Shown here: positions 34,201-42,172 of the stretch, in pieces
Layout of the letters: every line of letters starts with the position of its first letter
How positions within the stretch are numbered: the first letter of the stretch is position 1
The notes under the pieces: generated by a model
What the model was told of the DNA's origin: nothing
Seen by the model: the letters and a program-made list of their open reading frames with translations, nothing else
Database searches by the model: none
From: a bacterium
GTDB lineage: Bacteria; Actinomycetota; Acidimicrobiia; Acidimicrobiales; CATQHL01
Direction of reading: 5' to 3'
Assembly: GCA_026706565.1 (NCBI GenBank)
Contig: JAPOYM010000106.1
Span: 1-59,212 of the forward strand
Length of the DNA stretch: 59,212 nucleotides
Translations under genes and position numbers: made by a program

Positions 34201-34754
34201 GCGGCCTGCACCGACCCCTCAGCGCCGTCGCGGCTGAAGGTGACGCTCTGGTCCTCCACCGCCCGCACCCGCGCGCCGAGCATGAAGTCGATGCCCGGCT
34301 CGTCCGAAGCGGCGGCGCGCAGCAGCGAGACCAGCGCCTCGTGCTCGCAGACCAGACCGCGGGACCCGTCCGGGTACCGCAGCACGATCGGCTCGGAGCG
34401 GTCTTCGGGGAACACCACGAACCCCTTGCCCACGGTGCTCTGGGGCTGCTCGTCCAGCGCGATGGCGAAGTCGCGCAGGATGCGCAGGGCGGGGGGATGC
34501 AGCCACTCGCCTGCGAGCCTCCGAGAGGTGTTGGGGTTCGCCTCCAGCAGGGCCACCGAGGCGCCTCGGCGGGCGTGGGCCAAGGCGCACAGGCTGCCGA
34601 CCGGGCCGGCGCCGACGACGGCGACGTCGTAACTCCGGGCAGCGCCGCTCACGGGACTGCGCCCGCCGGCGTCTCCCGCACCGGCCCGCCGGACCGTTGC
34701 CGCGTCTCGCTGCCCATGAGTCGAATGTCGTTTCCCCGAGCCTTCCGTCCGCAT
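31275..34754 (-). CDS. Fusion protein: FAD-dependent squalene monooxygenase-like domain (aa ~40-470) plus oxidosqualene cyclase, terpene cyclase/mutase family (aa ~510-1159)
   Basis: One uninterrupted 1159-codon ORF from ATG 34754. The N-terminal half has YDVAVVGAGPVGS (dinucleotide fold), RRLAGEWLHPP, IVGADGRAS and GDAAGHYHPLTAVGMT (compare eukaryotic squalene epoxidase GDA..MRHPLTGGGMT). The C-terminal half matches my recalled human lanosterol synthase sequence block after block: IPSWGKFWLA, ALWDTAFSLQAL, GGWCFS..HGWPVTDCTAEAV (catalytic Asp codon at 32100-32102), NRDGGFGSYE, LNPAEMFGESM..SHVECTAS, RDGSWRGAWGVQFIYGTYFG, DGGWGEH, DGQWPEQDGAGVFF. Confidence 0.85.
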   Translation of the reverse strand: MRTEGSGKRHSTHGQRDAATVRRAGAGDAGGRSPVSGAARSYDVAVVGAGPVGSLCALAHARRGASVALLEANPNTSRRLAGEWLHPPALRILRDFAIALDEQPQSTVGKGFVVFPEDRSEPIVLRYPDGSRGLVCEHEALVSLLRAAASDEPGIDFMLGARVRAVEDQSVTFSRDGAEGSVQAALIVGADGRASIVRRSLGLWTSPRNCSRMMGITLSGVGLPLEGYGHMVCGGPGPMLLYRLGEQTVRVIVDVPLGFSSQDLVAAMSDSYAGWLPEALRPAFLEALRERRFLGAANALRPRATYGSPRRVLIGDAAGHYHPLTAVGMTLGFGDALSLAEGTNFRDFTDRRFRATRAPELLAMGLYEIFADHRVESVALRQAIYRRWRESPAVRDRTVGLLACEDTSITSLGLACGAMGARAVVGEIPRSCERAAWRRTRDIVRALAVRLGWVLRGVRQLRKARNAGGRKDERARESLARAFLVSMPSGVDDLRPSLPEAPPPPDAGPALSSASRRLLSLQGPDGAWEGEVVWCPLLTAQYVLLHHILGRPLASSRRSGVLGYFERSRLEGGSWGLHAHAAPSLFVTALVYVAARLLGVEPDDPLIEPAGRFLRSEGVLGIPSWGKFWLALVGLYDWRGVNPVLPELWCLPRWTPLHPSKWYCHTRLIYMAMAVIHPLGHRAPVTPAVAAIRGELFPQGFAEVDFASGRNRLRRADLFARPGVWLRAGYGSARLYERFAGKARRARCTEEILRRIRWELRTTDCMSISPVSGLLNILALWLRDPDDADCRGALARLEVWIWEDVEGGARLAGARSALWDTAFSLQALATVPELDGVADALRRGGEFVRREQIEAGVDGFAEAYRSDPEGGWCFSGRRHGWPVTDCTAEAVLGLLAADGEASAAALGAAARFMLRGQNRDGGFGSYEARRSTVGLEWLNPAEMFGESMTERSHVECTASCLAALCACREHVPELAEPQALRAASRAEAWLRRTQGRDGSWRGAWGVQFIYGTYFGVRGLLAAGARPGDPALRRACRWLLDRQRSDGGWGEHHSGCLKGRYVEHSESHATQTSWAMLALLEAGEGDWAAIARGARFLLEAQRADGQWPEQDGAGVFFRTAVLDYVLYRQYFPLLALGLYEQQRRVRLGLTPPAGASRLVA

Positions 34755-34840
34755 CCGCGTGACGGTCGGCCGAAAGATGATCCTGCATCACCGTAGCAGT
34801 GATGCCCGAAGGGCTCAGCCCCCGTAGGTGCCGGAGCGCC

Positions 34841-35440
34841 TCAGAGGTCCCGGACGCTTGCCGCCACGCCGGCCCCCTCAGCGGCTGCGGCGATCTTGTC
34901 CTTGACGGCGCTGGACGCGGTGAGTTGGATCGTCATCTGGATGTGGGTGACATCGCCGTCGACGGCTTCTGCGATGACGCTGCAGAGCCGCCAGACCGCG
35001 TCGCGGCGGCCGCCGGGGCGCGGGCAGACCGAGTAGACGAACAGCGCAGTGGCGGCGCGCTCTGCGGCTCTCGGATTGTTGCTGTTCCAGCCGACAGGCT
35101 CGCGGTGCAGGTCGAGGCGGCGGGCTGTGCCCCTTTCGGGATGGTCGGGGTCGGCGACCTCCGCGGCGGCGATCTCGCGCAGGCTCGCCCCGGTGCGGTG
35201 ATCGGTGACGAGCCCCGAGTCCAACAAGGAGTCCCGCACCGACCGAGCCGACAGAGGCAGGTCGCCGGGCCCGATCAGCTGCGGCGCCCACTCCCCGCGG
35301 CCGCCGCGCTCGGCCAACTCGTAGACGGTCGCGGCGAACACCTGGATCGTGGAGCGCACCCGCTGGAACCCGGCGTGCTGGGACCACTCCTCCTCGGCCA
35401 GGCGGATCAGCGACGGGTGGAACGGGTAGCAGCGCGCCAC
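34841..35440 (-). pseudogene. Fragment resembling the middle of a DUF499/BrxC-like defence-island ATPase
   Basis: 199 codons beginning (GTG) ARCYPFHPSLIRLAEEEWSQHAGFQRVRSTIQVFAATVY. The YPFHP...FQRxR block is what I recall from DUF499-family proteins, which are about 1000 aa. No P-loop is present, so the ORF looks truncated at both ends. Recognition is from memory only. Confidence 0.35.
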
Positions 35441-35489
35441 CCGCTCGGCCCAACCACGCCGAGCAGCGTTGACCTGTCGCCCCAGCCGC

Positions 35490-36020
35490 TCAAAAGAGCC
35501 TCGCCGCCTCCCATTCCGCCATCCGTCGCCGCTCGGCAGGACCGGCGATCATTGCCACGCAGGTAACACTTACCTGCTCGGGGACGGCGAGGCGCGCCCG
35601 GTTAAGGTGCTCGACTCCCGCCCGCGCTGCCTGGATCGCCTCTTGCGCGGCCCACCCGTCCGCGGAGAAGTCGTCGGAGTAGTCAGCGGCCTCGCGCGCT
35701 CGGATCAGGCCGACGAAGTGCTCCGCGAAACCCAGCAGATCGGCGTGACACTTCGGATTGTCCTGCAGCCACGCAACGTACCTTCGGTCCACCAACTGCC
35801 TGCACACGTCGCGGGCAGCTTGGTGCCGGAGCAGGCGCCTCGCGGCAATCCGGGCACGACCCTGCCAGGGGCGGGCTATCTCGTCGCAGAGCGCGGCGAA
35901 CAGGCTGTAGTAGGCCGTCGAGACGGCTCGTCGTATGGCCTCCTCCGAGGGTGGTTCCTCGGCGGGCCCGAGTTGGATCTCGGCGGCTCTGAGCAGCCCC
36001 TCGCTGGAGGGTGCAGCCAT
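35490..36020 (-). CDS. HEPN-domain protein (UPF0332-like)
   Basis: 176 aa from ATG 36020. AIRRAVSTAYYSLFAALCDEI, an RRLLRH (Rx4H-like) segment, and LIRAREAADYSDDFS match the helix pattern and R..ADY motif of UPF0332/HEPN proteins. Confidence 0.55.
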   Translation of the reverse strand: MAAPSSEGLLRAAEIQLGPAEEPPSEEAIRRAVSTAYYSLFAALCDEIARPWQGRARIAARRLLRHQAARDVCRQLVDRRYVAWLQDNPKCHADLLGFAEHFVGLIRAREAADYSDDFSADGWAAQEAIQAARAGVEHLNRARLAVPEQVSVTCVAMIAGPAERRRMAEWEAARLF

Positions 36021-36030
36021 GTCGCGCCGC

Positions 36031-36408
36031 TCAGCCCGCTTCGACGGATTCGGGAACCGGCACGCCGAGGCCGGTTGTCGACTCAGCCAGCTCCTCCGCG
36101 GTGCGGAGCCGAACCGTCGCCATGACGCCGCGGATGTCGGAGAAGTAGTCGTTCAGCAGCTTCTTGTACCTCTCATGGGTCTCCCACTTCCGCCCCAGTG
36201 GGTTGTCCGGGTCGTCGCGGGCCGGCATCTCCAGAGTCAGCTGCAGCAGCACGAACATCGCCGGCTCCTCGTCCCAACTCGCCGAGGCGTACCGCAGCCG
36301 CGCCGGGTCGCCGATCTCGCGAAAGTGCTCGTTGAGGCGGAGCACGGCGTCACCGAGCCTCGTGACGTCCACCGGGGTGGGCGGCAGGAGAACCTCTACG
36401 AACCCCAT
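36031..36408 (-). CDS. Hypothetical protein, upstream partner of the HEPN gene (no recognisable nucleotidyltransferase motif)
   Basis: 125 aa from ATG 36408. It ends 10 nt before the HEPN start. The composition is protein-like (mixed charged/hydrophobic, W/Y/F present). I recognise no family. Confidence 0.5.
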   Translation of the reverse strand: MGFVEVLLPPTPVDVTRLGDAVLRLNEHFREIGDPARLRYASASWDEEPAMFVLLQLTLEMPARDDPDNPLGRKWETHERYKKLLNDYFSDIRGVMATVRLRTAEELAESTTGLGVPVPESVEAG

Positions 36409-36414
36409 GAGTTT

Positions 36415-36443
36415 AGCGTATCACAAGTTATGGCAATGTCCAA
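36415..36443 (-). promoter_or_regulatory. Candidate promoter producing a leaderless mRNA for the 36408 gene
   Basis: The minus strand reads TTGGAC (36443..36438), a 17-nt spacer, TACGCT (36420..36415), then 6 nt (AAACTC) directly before the ATG. It lies in the only strongly AT-rich intergenic patch of the window (about 36409-36500). Confidence 0.3.
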
Positions 36444-36480
36444 CTCTCTCCCTGACTTTCATGATGTTTCTAATATATAT

Positions 36481-36618
36481 ATGATGGCCATGGTTCTCGT
36501 TGTTGTGGCCAGCGACCGAGAACTCCGACAAAGGGCGGGCTCGCTCGGCGCGAACGTCGTCGGCGCCGAGCAACTATGGCAGGTCCTTGACTCACAGCGA
36601 CAGGGCGGAACCAGCTAG
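36481..36618 (+). pseudogene. 45-codon ORF resembling the C-terminal tail of a YacP/NYN-type ribonuclease (possible gene remnant)
   Basis: MMAMVLVVVASDRELRQRAGSLGANVVGAEQLWQVL. The V.TSD....GA.v.sa.eL pattern recalls the end of YacP/Rae1-like proteins. The ORF is very short and the evidence is weak. Confidence 0.2.
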
Positions 36619-36671
36619 CGCGGCGGGGGCGCGAGATTCGGGCTGGTTTCGCCGTTAGCGCCGTACGGGCC

Positions 36672-37748
36672 TCATTCGACGAGACGGAGTAGGCGGTCGG
36701 CGTACCACTCGAGCGGGCGACGCTGAGTCCAGGCATCGATCGGCGCCTCCCAGGACCGGATCTCCGCCGCACGGTCGCGCCAGCGTCGGGGAATCCCGCC
36801 GAGCCCGAACCGTGCGCCGAGCGCCGCCCCTGCCGGAGCGGCGTTGCTGTCGGTGTCGCCCCCGGCGTTCACGATGGCCAGAAGACCGGCCTCGAAGCTT
36901 CCCGGATGGCGCGACGACCAGAGCACCGCCCCCAGCGTCTTCGGAGCGAACCCCGTGCCCCCGCCGTCCAACTCGAGATCTTCGATCCGAGCATCGGGCG
37001 CGAGGGCCGACTCGACAGCCGAGCGCACCGAGGCGGGGGGCGTCTCGGGCAACCCGAAAGCGCTCAACCGCTCGCCGGACGCCCGGACCGCCGCCCCGGC
37101 CCGATCCAGCAGAGCACCGGACTCGGGCCGTTCTCCCCGCAGGCAGGCGGCTATGGCGAAGTCCGCCAGCAGGGTCGACCACACACAACGCCAGTCCCAG
37201 TGCGTGACCACCGCCGAGGTGACACTGTTGCGGGCCAGCGCCGCGTCGTCGCGCATCCAGCGCAGGGCCACAGGCCCGCAGCGCATCACAGAACCGTTGC
37301 CGGCACTGTTGCGGCCCGATTCCTCCCATGCGAGGCGGGACGCATCGGCTGTACCAACCCCTCGCGGCTCTCGGACCTCGCCGGTCGGCGGGCGGCCGAA
37401 CTGTGCGTAGTTGCGCAGTTCGCGGCGCGGATCTGCGCCGCCGTAACGGCGGAGCACCCGCTTCGTGTGGCCCCCCATGCCAGCGCCGTTCAACTCGCCC
37501 CACTCCCAGAAGCGGCGCGCCAGATCGGAGAGGTCGAGGTCGCCGCCCTCGATACAGGCCTCGGCGAGCAGGATCGCCTGCGCGAGGTCGTCATCGTCGG
37601 GGAATCCCGCCTCCGCGGTGATTTCGCGGACGCCGTGGGGGTTCGGGCCCGCAATGAAGGCGGCGCTTTTGCCCTCCCACGGGATGCCGAGCAGGTTCCC
37701 CACGCCGATGCCGACCATCAGCCCGGCTGCTCGTTCTCTCAAGTCCAT
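36672..37748 (-). CDS. ADP-ribosylglycohydrolase family protein
   Basis: From ATG 37748: MDLRERAAGLMVGIGVGNLLGIPWEG is a typical ARH N-terminus, and GGDTDSNAAPAGAALGA is the typical C-terminal metal site. The ORF-track start (TTG 37796) is probably too long. Confidence 0.85.
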   Translation of the reverse strand: MDLRERAAGLMVGIGVGNLLGIPWEGKSAAFIAGPNPHGVREITAEAGFPDDDDLAQAILLAEACIEGGDLDLSDLARRFWEWGELNGAGMGGHTKRVLRRYGGADPRRELRNYAQFGRPPTGEVREPRGVGTADASRLAWEESGRNSAGNGSVMRCGPVALRWMRDDAALARNSVTSAVVTHWDWRCVWSTLLADFAIAACLRGERPESGALLDRAGAAVRASGERLSAFGLPETPPASVRSAVESALAPDARIEDLELDGGGTGFAPKTLGAVLWSSRHPGSFEAGLLAIVNAGGDTDSNAAPAGAALGARFGLGGIPRRWRDRAAEIRSWEAPIDAWTQRRPLEWYADRLLRLVE

Positions 37749-37792
37749 GCCTCTCGATGCTACGCGAAGCTGCAGTCGGCCCCGGCGCCGGG

Positions 37793-38884
37793 TCAATCAC
37801 CCGCGGGGGCCAGCTCCTGTGACACTTCGATCCAGCGGGCCAGTGCGGCGGCTGCGGCGCCGCTGTCCAGCGCTTCGGCGGCGAGCCGCAGCCCCTCGGG
37901 CAGATCGGCGGCCCCCTCGCCCACTACCAGCCCCGCCGCGGCGTTCAGGCAGACGATCTCGCGCCACGGCACGGATTCCCCCGCCAGCAGCGCGTGAGTC
38001 GCCGCCACGCCCGCGGCCACGTCCGCGCCGGCGAGGTCGGACAGTTCGACTGTCGCTAGGCCGAGTTCGCCCGGCGTGACCTCATAGCGCCGGATGCGGC
38101 CCCCGCGCAGCTCGATCACCCTCGTCGGCCCGACGGTGGACAGCTCGTCGAGGCGGGGATAGCCGTACACGACCATGGCCCGCTGCGTCCCGGTGACCGC
38201 TAGGACCTCGGCCATGCGCTCGGCCATGGCTGCGTCGTTCACACCGATCACCTGACGGCGCACCCCGGCAGGGTTAGCCATCGGGCCCAGGTAGTTGAAG
38301 GCGGTCGGCACTCCGAGGCTGCGCCGAGTCGGGCCGGCGTGACGCAGCGCCGGATGGAACAGGGGCGCCAGGCAGAAGGCGATACCGGCCTGCTCGAGGC
38401 ACCCGGCGACTCCTGCGGGCCCCAGATCGACCGCCACGCCGAGGGCTTCCAGCAGGTCGGCCGAACCGCACGAGGAGGACACCGCCCGGTTGCCGTGCTT
38501 GCAGACGCGCGCCCCGGCGCCCGCCGCCACCAGCGCGGCCATCGTGGAGATGTTCAGCGAACCGCTGCCGTCGCCGCCGGTGCCGGCGGTGTCGATGAGC
38601 CTCATCTCCTCGGCGTCGACGCCCACGTCGAGCGCCGCGGCACGCAGCCCTTCCAGCAACCCGGCCAGCTCGACGGCGGTCTCCCCCTTGGTCCGCAGGC
38701 CGATCAGCAGCCCGGCCATCTGCGCCTCGGTGGCGTTCCCCGCCAGCATGGCGTCGGCGGCCTCCCGCGCTTGTGCGCGGCTGAGATGCTCCCCGGCGAC
38801 GAGCGCCTTCAGCAGCGAGGCGAAGTCCACGGCGCCCGCGCCCGGGGCAGCGGCGGGGGTGTCCGCATCAGTATCCTTGCCCAT
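37793..38884 (-). CDS. trpD: Anthranilate phosphoribosyltransferase
   Basis: GLLIGLRTKGET, DTAGTGGDGSGSLNIST, KHGNRAVSSSCGSADLLEALG. Confidence 0.95.
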   Translation of the reverse strand: MGKDTDADTPAAAPGAGAVDFASLLKALVAGEHLSRAQAREAADAMLAGNATEAQMAGLLIGLRTKGETAVELAGLLEGLRAAALDVGVDAEEMRLIDTAGTGGDGSGSLNISTMAALVAAGAGARVCKHGNRAVSSSCGSADLLEALGVAVDLGPAGVAGCLEQAGIAFCLAPLFHPALRHAGPTRRSLGVPTAFNYLGPMANPAGVRRQVIGVNDAAMAERMAEVLAVTGTQRAMVVYGYPRLDELSTVGPTRVIELRGGRIRRYEVTPGELGLATVELSDLAGADVAAGVAATHALLAGESVPWREIVCLNAAAGLVVGEGAADLPEGLRLAAEALDSGAAAAALARWIEVSQELAPAGD

Positions 38885-39060
38885 TGTGCGTCCTCGGTCA
38901 TCGGCCGCCGCAGCGGAACTCGCGCCGGCAGGGCCGTCCAGCGGCCGTCGGCAGGTCTGCCCCTAGCATGCCAACCTGCTGCGGCAGTGACGCATCCGGC
39001 GCCCCGGCGGGGCGGTAGAGCGCCGCCGCCCGGCGTTCGGGCCCCAGGAGCCTCGGCGGA

Positions 39061-40497
39061 ATGAGGATCCTCGTCATCGACGTGGGCAGCACGAGCGTCA
39101 GGGCCGCGGTCCTCGACGAGGGCGGTCACCTCCATCACGAGCACCGCGTCGCGGCGCCCCGGTCGACGCCGGCGCCGGGGTTGGTGGAGTTCGATCCGGT
39201 CGCTCTCTGGGATGCCACCCGCCGGGCCGTCGCGGCGACCCTGGCCGCGGCCCCGGGACCCGACGCGGTGGGCATCGCCAACCAGCGAGCCTCCACCGTG
39301 GTGTGGCGTCGCGCCGGCGGCGAACCGGCGGGCGTGGGCCTCGGGTGGCAGGACCTCCGGACCGCCGCCGACTGCCTGAGCCTGCAGAGCGAGGGACTCC
39401 GCCTGGCCCCCAACCAGCCCGCCACCAAGGCCGCCCACCTCGTCGCGGCCGCGGACCGGCCGCCGGACGAACTCTGCATCGGCACACTCGACTCCTGGCT
39501 GGTCTGGAACCTCACCGGCGGGACGCAGCACCTCACCGACGCCACCAACGCGGCGATCACCGGACTGACCCATGGGGATCGCGTGGAGTGGGATCTCGCC
39601 GTCGCCGAGAGGCTCGGCATCCCCGCCGCGGGCCTGCCCCGCATCGTCGACAGCAGCGGCCCGCTGGCCGAGGCCACCGCGCTGCCAGGGGGCCCTCTGA
39701 TCACCGGCCTCGCGGGCGATCAGCAGGCGGCGCTCGTCGGCGCCGGCTGTGTCGGACGCGGCGACGTGAAGATCACCTTCGGCACCGGCGGCACCCTCGA
39801 CGCCTGTCTGGGGCCCGGCGACCCGCCGGCGGAGATCCGGGGCCCCAGCGGCACCTTCCCGATCGTGGCCTGGCAGCGGCAGGGACAGGTGGTCTGGGGC
39901 ATCGAGGCCATGATGCTCAGCGCCGGCAGCTGCGTGAGCTGGCTCTGTGAACTCGGCCTGATCGAGAACCCGGGCGATTCCGATGCCGTCGCCGCCGCCT
40001 GCGCCGACAGCGGGAGCGTGAGCTTCGTCCCCGCCCAGATGGGCCTCGGCACCCCGGACTGGGACTTCGGCGCCCGCAGCGCCTTCGCCGGCATGACGAC
40101 CGCCACCGGCCACCCGCAGATGGTTCGTGCCGTGCTGGAGGGCGTGGCGCACCGCGGCACCGACCTGCTCGAAGCGGCCCGATCCGACAGTGGACTGGAG
40201 CTGGCGGCGCCGGTCGTGGACGGGGGCATGAGCGCCAATGCCACCTTCATCCAGGCATTCGCGGACGCCGCCGGATGTGCCATCCGGGTGGCACCGGAGA
40301 TCGAATGCACGGCACTCGGCGCCGGCTTCCTGGCGGGCCTGGGAATCGGATTCTGGAGCGACTGGGACGAGGTGGCTTCGCTTCGGTCGCCGCGGCGGAC
40401 CATCGAGCCGCGCCGGCAAGCTGACCGGGCCGCCTGGCAGGAGGCCAAGCAGCGAGCCGCCGGCTGGCACCCCGACCTCAGCGCCGTCTCCTTCTGA
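39061..40497 (+). CDS. FGGY-family carbohydrate kinase (glycerol-kinase-like)
   Basis: ILVIDVGSTSVRAAV, IANQRASTVVW, DSWLVWNLTGG, GDQQAALVG, DGGMSAN. Confidence 0.85.
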   Translation: MRILVIDVGSTSVRAAVLDEGGHLHHEHRVAAPRSTPAPGLVEFDPVALWDATRRAVAATLAAAPGPDAVGIANQRASTVVWRRAGGEPAGVGLGWQDLRTAADCLSLQSEGLRLAPNQPATKAAHLVAAADRPPDELCIGTLDSWLVWNLTGGTQHLTDATNAAITGLTHGDRVEWDLAVAERLGIPAAGLPRIVDSSGPLAEATALPGGPLITGLAGDQQAALVGAGCVGRGDVKITFGTGGTLDACLGPGDPPAEIRGPSGTFPIVAWQRQGQVVWGIEAMMLSAGSCVSWLCELGLIENPGDSDAVAAACADSGSVSFVPAQMGLGTPDWDFGARSAFAGMTTATGHPQMVRAVLEGVAHRGTDLLEAARSDSGLELAAPVVDGGMSANATFIQAFADAAGCAIRVAPEIECTALGAGFLAGLGIGFWSDWDEVASLRSPRRTIEPRRQADRAAWQEAKQRAAGWHPDLSAVSF

Positions 40498-40570
40498 ACG
40501 CCCGAGCCGCGCCGGCGACCGCCGGAGCGCACAGTGCCGGGGCCCGGCGACTCTGGCAGACTGTCAGCGG

Positions 40571-40938
<368 letters not shown>

Positions 40939-41424
40939 TCACCGACGCCGGGGTGGGCGGGGCGCGACCGTCAGCCTCCCGGCGCGCCGGAAATCCCGCC
41001 GGCGCGCCGGATCGGCCAGCCCGAAACGCCGCCACGACCACCACAACGCCGCCGCACCGATCAGTTCCATGATGACCGGCAGCCAGATCGGCCGCAGGCC
41101 CCTCCCGGCCACCTCGCCGGAGCCCAGCGGCCACCAGAACGTTCCGGTGCGCAGCCAGGCGCCGTCCAACACGAGATGGCAGAAGAGGCCGATCGGCACA
41201 CCCAGCCAGCGGCGCTGCACCAGACGCCTGCCCCACCCTCCAACCATGACCGCGGCCATCACCGCGATCGGCAGCAGCAGCGAGTCCATGATCCACAACG
41301 CCGCCACGGCGAGCGCCAGGGAGGGCGCCACGGTGCCGGCCAGCACGAAGCGGTAGTCCAGCCCGCGGCTTGAGAACACCGCCGCAACAGCGGGGACGCC
41401 CAGCCCGGCGAACCAGAGCAGCAC
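40939..41424 (-). CDS. Hypothetical polytopic membrane protein
   Basis: 161 aa with four or so hydrophobic helices and a basic tail. It may be related to membrane-bound metal-dependent hydrolases (YdjM/DUF457), but I cannot confirm this. Confidence 0.5.
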   Translation of the reverse strand: MLLWFAGLGVPAVAAVFSSRGLDYRFVLAGTVAPSLALAVAALWIMDSLLLPIAVMAAVMVGGWGRRLVQRRWLGVPIGLFCHLVLDGAWLRTGTFWWPLGSGEVAGRGLRPIWLPVIMELIGAAALWWSWRRFGLADPARRRDFRRAGRLTVAPRPPRRR

Positions 41425-41428
41425 AGGC

Positions 41429-42172
41429 TCAGATGACCAGGATGCGCCCGCAGGAGGGGCAGGTGGCCGTCCCCTTGTCGTCCTCTCCCGGGGAAGCCTC
41501 GCCCACCTCGGGAAGCCTTCGCAGCCGATCCACCTCCATCAGAGGCAGCGTCAGATAGCAGCCCATGCAGCTCGTCGCCTCGAGACGTGCGACGGCCACG
41601 CCGCCGATCTGGGACCGGAGGCGCTCGTAGCGTTCGAGCAGGACGGAATCCACGTCCTTGCCGACATCGGCGCGGGCGAGGCGAACCTGCTCGAGTTCGG
41701 CGTCGATCTCGGCGGCCGCGGCCTCGAGTCGCACGTTGACCGAATCCATCCTCGACCCCAGCTCCTGGTGGCTCTGGCGCAGCGCCGCCAGTTCGGTGGC
41801 GGCGACCTCCAGGTCCTCCATGACCTCCAGCAATTTGTCCTCGACGACGCGCTGACGCCTCCCGAGCGCGGCCACCTCCTCCTCGAGACCCTGCAACTCG
41901 CGGATTGCGGTGACCTCGCCGGAGTAGAGCAGGTTCCTCTCGCGATCCCGTTTCGCCAGAACCATCGCCAGATCGTCGTCGTAGCGTCGTTGGTGCCGCT
42001 CCATCTCCGCGTGCTGCTGCCGGGCCGCCTCGATGCGCTCGGCGAGTTCCTGGCTCTGGCTCTCGAGCGCCTGCAACTCGGCCCGTTCGGGCAATTGCGC
42101 GTGGCGATGCTCGAGCTGCGCGATCCGGGTGTCGTGTGCTTGGAGTTCCAGGAGGCGTTCCAGAGGGTTCAC
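41429..42172 (-). CDS. COG1579-type coiled-coil protein with C4 zinc ribbon
   Basis: LLELQAHDTRIAQLEHR, a long coiled coil, then C..C ...(CMGCYLTLP)...CPSCGRILV. Confidence 0.8.
   Translation of the reverse strand: MNPLERLLELQAHDTRIAQLEHRHAQLPERAELQALESQSQELAERIEAARQQHAEMERHQRRYDDDLAMVLAKRDRERNLLYSGEVTAIRELQGLEEEVAALGRRQRVVEDKLLEVMEDLEVAATELAALRQSHQELGSRMDSVNVRLEAAAAEIDAELEQVRLARADVGKDVDSVLLERYERLRSQIGGVAVARLEATSCMGCYLTLPLMEVDRLRRLPEVGEASPGEDDKGTATCPSCGRILVI

Noticed and set aside
33015-34796. 593-aa plus-strand ORF
   Set aside because: It is antisense to the squalene monooxygenase/cyclase fusion gene; it is a shadow ORF.
34785-34805. 7-bp stem hairpin gcatcac-cgtagca-gtgatgc between the BrxC-like fragment and the fusion gene
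   Set aside because: It is too short and lacks a U-tract, so it could be a chance palindrome. It is noted only as context for the island.
37793-37796. Apparent 4-nt overlap of trpD with the ADP-ribosylglycohydrolase gene (TTG start at 37796 in the ORF track)
   Set aside because: ATG 37748 gives the canonical ARH N-terminus (MDLRERAAGLMVGIGVGN). The 16 extra codons are Arg-rich, so the genes are more likely separated by about 44 nt and no translational coupling is claimed.
38809-40470. 553-aa minus-strand ORF
   Set aside because: It is antisense to the glycerol-kinase-like gene, which has clear FGGY motifs.
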